64,000 nucleotides of DNA from an uncultured Pseudomonadales bacterium (GTDB lineage Bacteria; Patescibacteriota; Microgenomatia; UBA1400; PJMF01), in assembly GCA_964607285.1 (NCBI GenBank), contig CAZSJW010000001.1:250555-314554 (forward strand), read 5' to 3'. Position numbers and translations under genes: made by a program. This document shows positions 59,235-64,000 of the stretch, one piece after another; within the stretch, counting starts at the first letter, position 1, and every line of letters begins with the position of its first letter. The notes beneath the pieces were generated by a model. It saw only the letters and a list, made by a program, of their open reading frames with translations. It was not told where the DNA came from and made no database searches.

Positions 59235-59263
59235 AAAGCCGACTCAGAAATGGGTCGGTTTTT
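59235..59263 (+). terminator. Intrinsic terminator, likely bidirectional
   Basis: AAA-GCCGACTCA-GAAA-TGGGTCGGT-TTTT between convergent genes. Confidence 0.8.
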
Positions 59264-59332
59264 ACTTCTCTAATTTTTTACTGAAAAAATCTAAAAATTA
59301 ACTGCAGACGTAGCAAAAAAAGACTGTCTCTA

Positions 59333-59866
59333 CTATCTCACGTAGTAGTAAAATGCACCATTCTTATGTTCCACGATTATTCTATCTTTGTCCTGATAAA
59401 CATTGGTTACATGCCCTGGCACATACCAAGGACCTACGCTAGCAGAAACAATCTGGACTAAAAGCTTTTTTGCGTTGTCAGTTAACCTGTCATTGTTCTC
59501 AACAAAATCAGTAATAAAACGAGTCTCAAATGCAACCTGAGCTACAAATTCATCTATCACCATTTGTAAATACTCACGAGGATTCTTGGATTCCTTGTCT
59601 GCAGGACGGATATAACGTCTTGCTGATACTGAGTTTGGTTCAAAACTGCCTGTTGAAGCAGGGTATTTACCTCGTTTTTTTCTATCTATAGAATCTAATA
59701 TAACTTTCACAGCTTCTGCTTTGAAGTAGCTATAACCCCATCTATCTTGCATGTCTTTCACCCGCTCAATAATTGTCTCAGGCTTTTCTCCTACATTTAA
59801 CAAGCCTCTCTCTAAACCCCAATCCACAACATCTTGTCTTGTTTCAAATGGTGATTCTACAAACAT
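59333..59866 (-). CDS. Hypothetical protein
   Basis: 177-aa ORF downstream of tRNA-Asp, no recognised motif. Confidence 0.6.
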   Translation of the reverse strand: MFVESPFETRQDVVDWGLERGLLNVGEKPETIIERVKDMQDRWGYSYFKAEAVKVILDSIDRKKRGKYPASTGSFEPNSVSARRYIRPADKESKNPREYLQMVIDEFVAQVAFETRFITDFVENNDRLTDNAKKLLVQIVSASVGPWYVPGHVTNVYQDKDRIIVEHKNGAFYYYVR

Positions 59867-59973
59867 ACGAAACTTTCTTAGTCATTTGTAAAGATAGGCA
59901 AATTAATATACATCAAATGCAAGTAACAAGTAAGTACAACAACAAATTTTAATTTAATTTTTGTTTACAATTG

Positions 59974-60046
59974 CGAGCCCGACCAGATTCGAACTGGCGA
60001 TCTCTTCCGTGACAGGGAAGCATGTTAACCGCTACACCACGGGCCC
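59974..60046 (-). tRNA. tRNA-Asp(GTC), CCA not encoded
   Basis: GGGCCCG...CGGGCTC-G, anticodon arm CTTCC-CTGTCAC-GGAAG, T-loop TTCGAAT. Confidence 0.94.
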
Positions 60047-60051
60047 ATTTG

Positions 60052-60196
60052 TGTCATTAGCTGATCCTTTGTTGGGACGGATGGCACCTTCACCATCCTC
60101 ATGAGCCGTCTCCAGATAAGCGTGCGGTACAACAAGGTACCAATTGTCTACGGTTCAAAGCCGCAACATAGGCTCATCTAATGACAAAGTATCAGC
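60052..60196 (-). ncRNA. Unassigned structured RNA upstream of tRNA-Asp
   Basis: Several long complementary segments and three hairpins; G-U pairs favour the minus strand; promoter upstream. Confidence 0.55.
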
Positions 60197-60265
60197 AAAT
60201 GTATTTGTTTATTAAAGCTCTCACTATTCAGTCTATCACTATTCCAACAGCCAGAGCAGAGCGAT

Positions 60266-60295
60266 ATTATACGCTACCTTCCGCAGGTTTGCCAA
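60266..60295 (-). promoter_or_regulatory. Promoter for the structured RNA/tRNA-Asp transcript
   Basis: Minus strand TTGGCA-18 nt-TATAAT. Confidence 0.65.
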
Positions 60296-60388
60296 GCCTA
60301 AACAATACCCTGAACACTGAGCAAAAAACTCATTACCTCTACAGTTTTTGTCAGGATGAGGTATGATAATACAGAAAGTGAGAAACCT

Positions 60389-60973
60389 ATGCCAACACTC
60401 ATCATACTTGCCGTTATTGTCGGAGTCGCTTTGTACGTAGTTTCTATTTACAACGCTCTGCAACGCCTGAAAACCCAAATAGCAGCCAGCATCCAAGAAA
60501 TTGGCAACCAGCTGAAACGCCAAGCTTCATTGATTCCTAACCTTGAGACAGCAGTCAAAGGCTTTCTCAAACATGAAAAAGGTATTTTCGAGATGCTCAC
60601 TGCAGCCCGCAAGTCTGTGGCACATGCCCAAGAAACAGGTGCAACCGCAGACATTGAAACAGCAATCACTAAGGTTCAGCAAATGGTTCCTCAACTTAGC
60701 ATAGCGGTTGAAGACAATCCAGAGCTTAAAAGTGATGCCACTGTCACCAAGTTTATGTCAGAACTAACAGACACCGCTGACAAACTCACCTACGCCCGCC
60801 GTGCTGTTATTGATTTATCACAAAGATATAATGAAAAACTAGTTACAGTTCCTTCTAGTTTGATTGCAAACATGTTCGGCTTTAAACCTGAGCAAGGTTT
60901 AGAGATGCCAACTAGCGGCTCACATTTATCCGTTTCTGGCAAAGAAATGGAAGACCACCGCGTTAGTTTGTAG
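60389..60973 (+). CDS. lemA: LemA family protein
   Basis: TM, YNAL, QLKRQASLIPNL...VKG...HEK, ENP-like EDNPELK, YN....PS..IA.MFGF; adjacent to htpX. Confidence 0.9.
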   Translation: MPTLIILAVIVGVALYVVSIYNALQRLKTQIAASIQEIGNQLKRQASLIPNLETAVKGFLKHEKGIFEMLTAARKSVAHAQETGATADIETAITKVQQMVPQLSIAVEDNPELKSDATVTKFMSELTDTADKLTYARRAVIDLSQRYNEKLVTVPSSLIANMFGFKPEQGLEMPTSGSHLSVSGKEMEDHRVSL

Positions 60974-61001
60974 TCTCCACAGCTACCTTTCAGAAAAAAC
61001 C

Positions 61002-61907
61002 ATGACACACTACGATTTGGTTTCCAGCAACAAAAACAAGTCTCTGGTCATCATCACACTTTTCATGACTTTTATAGTCGGAGCGGTGTATATCATGTCC
61101 GTTGGACTTGGATATGGATTAGACATAGTGGGGATTGCACTGATCATATCTGGAGTCATGTCATTCGCCTCCTACTGGTGGTCTGACAAAATTATCCTAG
61201 GTATGTCTGGTGCACGTCCTGCTACCCGAGAAGAATTCTTTGATTACTACACTGTAACCGAAAACATAGTGCTCGGGCAGCGTATGCCCATGCCAAAACT
61301 CTATGTTATTGATGACACTGCGATGAATGCATTTGCGACAGGTCGTGATCCTGACCACGCCGTAGTGTGCGCAACGACAGGATTACTCACTAGGTTGAAT
61401 AGAGCAGAGATTGAAGGAGTTGTGGCTCATGAATTAGCACATGTTCAAAATTACGATATTCGATTGATGTCGATTGTGACCATCCTAGTAGGATTCATTG
61501 CACTTCTATCAGACTGGATGCTGCGTATGTCCTTCTATGGCGGGGGTAAGCGTGACAAAAATAGTGGGGGACAACTGCAAGTTGTGTTTATGGTGGCAGG
61601 CATTTTGCTAGCGCTGCTTTCGCCAATCATTGCACAGTTAATTCAGCTTGCTATCTCTCGTAGACGAGAGTTCCTGGCAGATGCCACCGGGGTAGGGATG
61701 ACCAAAAACCCTGAGGGCTTAGCTAAAGCTTTGGAGAAAATTAGTCAAGATCGTGAGCCTCTAGAGGCTGCTAATAAAGCGACAGCACATTTATATATTT
61801 CCAACCCACTGAAAAATGTTCATGGAGCAGTTGGAACTTTTGCCTCGATGTTTCAGACTCATCCTCCTGTCAAAGATAGACTGGACGCTCTAAGGGGATT
61901 ACAATAA
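61002..61907 (+). CDS. htpX: Zinc metalloprotease HtpX (M48)
   Basis: NAFATGRDP, VAHELAH, ISRRREFLADA, THPP. Confidence 0.94.
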   Translation: MTHYDLVSSNKNKSLVIITLFMTFIVGAVYIMSVGLGYGLDIVGIALIISGVMSFASYWWSDKIILGMSGARPATREEFFDYYTVTENIVLGQRMPMPKLYVIDDTAMNAFATGRDPDHAVVCATTGLLTRLNRAEIEGVVAHELAHVQNYDIRLMSIVTILVGFIALLSDWMLRMSFYGGGKRDKNSGGQLQVVFMVAGILLALLSPIIAQLIQLAISRRREFLADATGVGMTKNPEGLAKALEKISQDREPLEAANKATAHLYISNPLKNVHGAVGTFASMFQTHPPVKDRLDALRGLQ

Positions 61908-61908
61908 T

Positions 61909-62394
61909 ATGATGGAACATTCAAGCAGTCTTAAACCAGCTGCAACACTACCCTTGGTAATCAATAAAATTATGTCTCCAGATGGCCTAGGCTTCAGCGT
62001 AGTTGCCTTTCTGCTAAGCAGTATGCTGTTTGGTGTGTTAGTACCCATCATAAGGATGAGTCCACTTTCAGTAACAATCAGTGAGGTTTTTTTATATAGT
62101 CTCATGACCGCACTAGCAGTCATCTTACTACAAGTAGTTTCAACGGTACTGTACGTACAGAGCACAATTATAGAGAGAAAAACAGCAACAATTGAAGTGT
62201 TGATCGGTGGATTCAGACATACCACGCTCTCCATCCCGCTCAATCAGCTGCAAAACGTACTGGTTCACCAATCAATACTTGAGAGAGCATTTGGGCTAGT
62301 TACCATTCAGATTTCTCAGCTTTCAGGATTCATTTCTGTTTGGGGTTTTCCCATCACCCGCGCTCAAAAATTTGTACAACAATTACAACAATAG
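61909..62394 (+). CDS. Membrane protein with bacterial PH (bPH_2)-like domain
   Basis: Two TM helices then G...H...SIPLNQLQNV..HQSILERAFGL.TI.I. Confidence 0.72.
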   Translation: MMEHSSSLKPAATLPLVINKIMSPDGLGFSVVAFLLSSMLFGVLVPIIRMSPLSVTISEVFLYSLMTALAVILLQVVSTVLYVQSTIIERKTATIEVLIGGFRHTTLSIPLNQLQNVLVHQSILERAFGLVTIQISQLSGFISVWGFPITRAQKFVQQLQQ

Positions 62395-62445
62395 ATTTCA
62401 ACTTGTCCTCGAGTTACCTTACGTGTATACTCGAGCGTTAGTAGT

Positions 62446-62772
62446 ATGCCAAAAAAGCACACCGCAACTCACCAGTTTACCCCACAGTTTGTTACTTCCG
62501 TTGCTGCGTTAGCCAACATCCCCATCACAGATGAGGAGGCAGCAGCATATGGCGGCTCTTTTGCAGATACCATGCAAGTTGTCAACCAACTACAGTCAGT
62601 GGACATTTCAAATGTAGAACCCACTAATCAGGTAACGGGCCTAGAAAACGTCTGGCGTGAAGATGAACTTTGGCCAGAGTATATGTTCAGCCAAGAACAG
62701 GCACTTGCCAACGCAACACATACCCACAATGGATATATAGTAGTCAATCAAATAATTGATCAAGAAGATTAG
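62446..62772 (+). CDS. gatC: Asp/Glu-tRNA amidotransferase subunit C
   Basis: VAALANI, L.SVD...VEPT, NVWRED, ALANA; directly precedes gatA. Confidence 0.9.
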   Translation: MPKKHTATHQFTPQFVTSVAALANIPITDEEAAAYGGSFADTMQVVNQLQSVDISNVEPTNQVTGLENVWREDELWPEYMFSQEQALANATHTHNGYIVVNQIIDQED

Positions 62773-62773
62773 T

Positions 62774-64000
62774 ATGGCTGATCTTAATACACAGACGCTA
62801 GCTACCACAATCAAACAGCTGCGAGCCAAGGAAATTTTGCACGCTGAACTTTCTGCTGCACTAGAAACTGCAGTAAACAATGAAAATAAGCATCTCAATA
62901 TTTTCCTAACACTGAATGATAATCAGAGAGAAGAATCCGCAAAAGCAGATCTGATGAGCCCACTTGCGGGTGTTCCAATTGCCCTAAAAGATAATATCTC
63001 CACCAAGGGTATGCGAACAACAGCTTCATCAACTGTACTGGATACTTACATACCAGTTTTTGACGCCAAAGTAACGGCAAACCTCAAATCTGCAGGAGGC
63101 GTTATTCAGGGTAAAACTAATCTTGACGCCTGGGCACACGGTTCATCAACTGAAACATCCCAATATGGCAGAACTCTAAACCCTCGCAACCCTGAGCACC
63201 TTCCTGGGGGCTCATCTGGAGGCAGTGCTGCAGCTGTAGCAGCGAATATGTGTATCGCAGCTATCGGCACTGAAACCGCAGGCTCAATTCGCCAGCCTGC
63301 TGCTTGGTGCGGAGTGGTGGGCGTCAAACCCACCTATGGCAGGGTAAGCAGAGCAGGCATTGCTGCCATGGCTTCATCTACCGACTCCCCAGGACCAATG
63401 ACAAAAACGGTAGAGGACGGCGCGTACCTCCTAAACTACCTTGCAGGTAAAGATCCTCATGATGCTACAACTTCGGCACAGAAGGTTCCAGACTTTACAA
63501 AAGCTCTGCACAAAGACATCAAAGGTCTGAAAGTGGGGTATATGTACCACGACTTAGATGGCATGGAGTCTACAAACAACCTATTTTCTACAGAACTGAA
63601 AGTGCTGGAACGCTTGGGTGCTCATGTTGAACTGACTGATGCTATGGATCCTCGCCATGCTGTAGGTGTTTATACTGTTGTACAACGTGGAGAAGTGAGT
63701 AGTAATCTTGCTCGGTACGATGGGATTAGGCTTGGCAAAGATCGATCTTTTTTTGGAGCTGAAGCCAAGAGACGTATTATGCTGGGTACGTTTACACTCA
63801 GCAAAGGGTTTTCGGATCAGTATTACGTATTGGCACAAAAGGTGCGAACTTTGTTTATCCAAGACTTCGAGCGATTATTCAAAAAATATGATGTTCTAGT
63901 TGGACTCTCTTCACCTGGTTTTGCTAAAAAAATTGGTGCCACTGAAGGTGCTGCAATGTTTGGTGAGCTTGAAGACATGTTACTCGAGCCAAGTTCTATC
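62774..64000 (+). CDS. gatA: Asp/Glu-tRNA amidotransferase subunit A (runs off the window; absent from the ORF track)
   Basis: ATG 62774; PLAGVPIALKDN, GKTNLD..AHGSSTE, PGGSSGGSAAAVAA, GTETAGSIRQPA, KPTYGRVSR. Confidence 0.95.
   Translation, partial: MADLNTQTLATTIKQLRAKEILHAELSAALETAVNNENKHLNIFLTLNDNQREESAKADLMSPLAGVPIALKDNISTKGMRTTASSTVLDTYIPVFDAKVTANLKSAGGVIQGKTNLDAWAHGSSTETSQYGRTLNPRNPEHLPGGSSGGSAAAVAANMCIAAIGTETAGSIRQPAAWCGVVGVKPTYGRVSRAGIAAMASSTDSPGPMTKTVEDGAYLLNYLAGKDPHDATTSAQKVPDFTKALHKDIKGLKVGYMYHDLDGMESTNNLFSTELKVLERLGAHVELTDAMDPRHAVGVYTVVQRGEVSSNLARYDGIRLGKDRSFFGAEAKRRIMLGTFTLSKGFSDQYYVLAQKVRTLFIQDFERLFKKYDVLVGLSSPGFAKKIGATEGAAMFGELEDMLLEPSSI

Noticed and set aside
60047-60120. Fluoride, glycine or SAM-I riboswitch resemblance (GCTAATGACAC, TCTGGAGA, GAAGGTGC, CTTATC)
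   Set aside because: The fluoride pseudoknot would have two mismatches, the glycine core CCGAAG/CTCAGG and SAM-I GCAAC motifs are missing, and the downstream gene is a tRNA
60101-60177. tRNA-like cloverleaf on the + strand (GGTTCAAAGCC T-arm look-alike)
   Set aside because: 6-nt anticodon loop, no valid D arm, extra bases before the acceptor strand, and A-C mismatches that become G-U pairs on the minus strand
1-64000. CRISPR array, transposase, integrase or prophage
   Set aside because: No regularly spaced repeats and no cas, recombinase or phage structural motifs seen in any ORF
1-64000. Alternative genetic code (TGA read-through)
   Set aside because: Conserved genes such as manC, rsmH, murA and ileS end at TGA at the expected lengths and have no internal TGA

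Overview
Chromosomal segment of a small-genome bacterium using the standard genetic code (TGA is a stop). Gene content and style suggest Patescibacteria/CPR, probably Microgenomates; this is inference and no search was run. In order, the window holds: a surface-glycan locus (2 GT4, ManC, priming transferase, DUF4012-like); recO; an alpha2-type glycyl-tRNA synthetase; a ~10 kb AT-richer island (3 SAM methyltransferases, a nucleoside-phosphorylase-fold protein, 4 GT4, a PIG-L deacetylase); a dcw cluster (mraZ-rsmH-ftsL-like-ftsI-murE-yvcK-murC-murB-murA-mraY-ftsW-murG-ftsQ-like-ftsA-ftsZ); orphan genes; type-2 ileS; a PP2C-like gene; rodA; rplU-methyltransferase-rpmA; parB; lepB; wzx-GT2-O-antigen-ligase-like; three tRNAs (Thr-CGT, Gly-CCC, Asp-GTC) interleaved with orphans; lemA-htpX; gatC; and the start of gatA. 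The strongest unexplained signals are RNA-level. (1) Two non-canonical T-box riboswitches with very short Stem I: a ~140-nt Gly T-box with no Stem II and an apparently translational platform, and an actinobacterial-style Ile T-box coupled to an intrinsic terminator. (2) A highly paired, unassigned RNA upstream of tRNA-Asp. (3) Widespread leaderless-type promoters. The glycosyltransferase/deacetylase/methyltransferase island, with its shared promoter motif and an 18-bp direct repeat, is the best candidate for an undescribed protein system. All calls come from reading motifs by eye.
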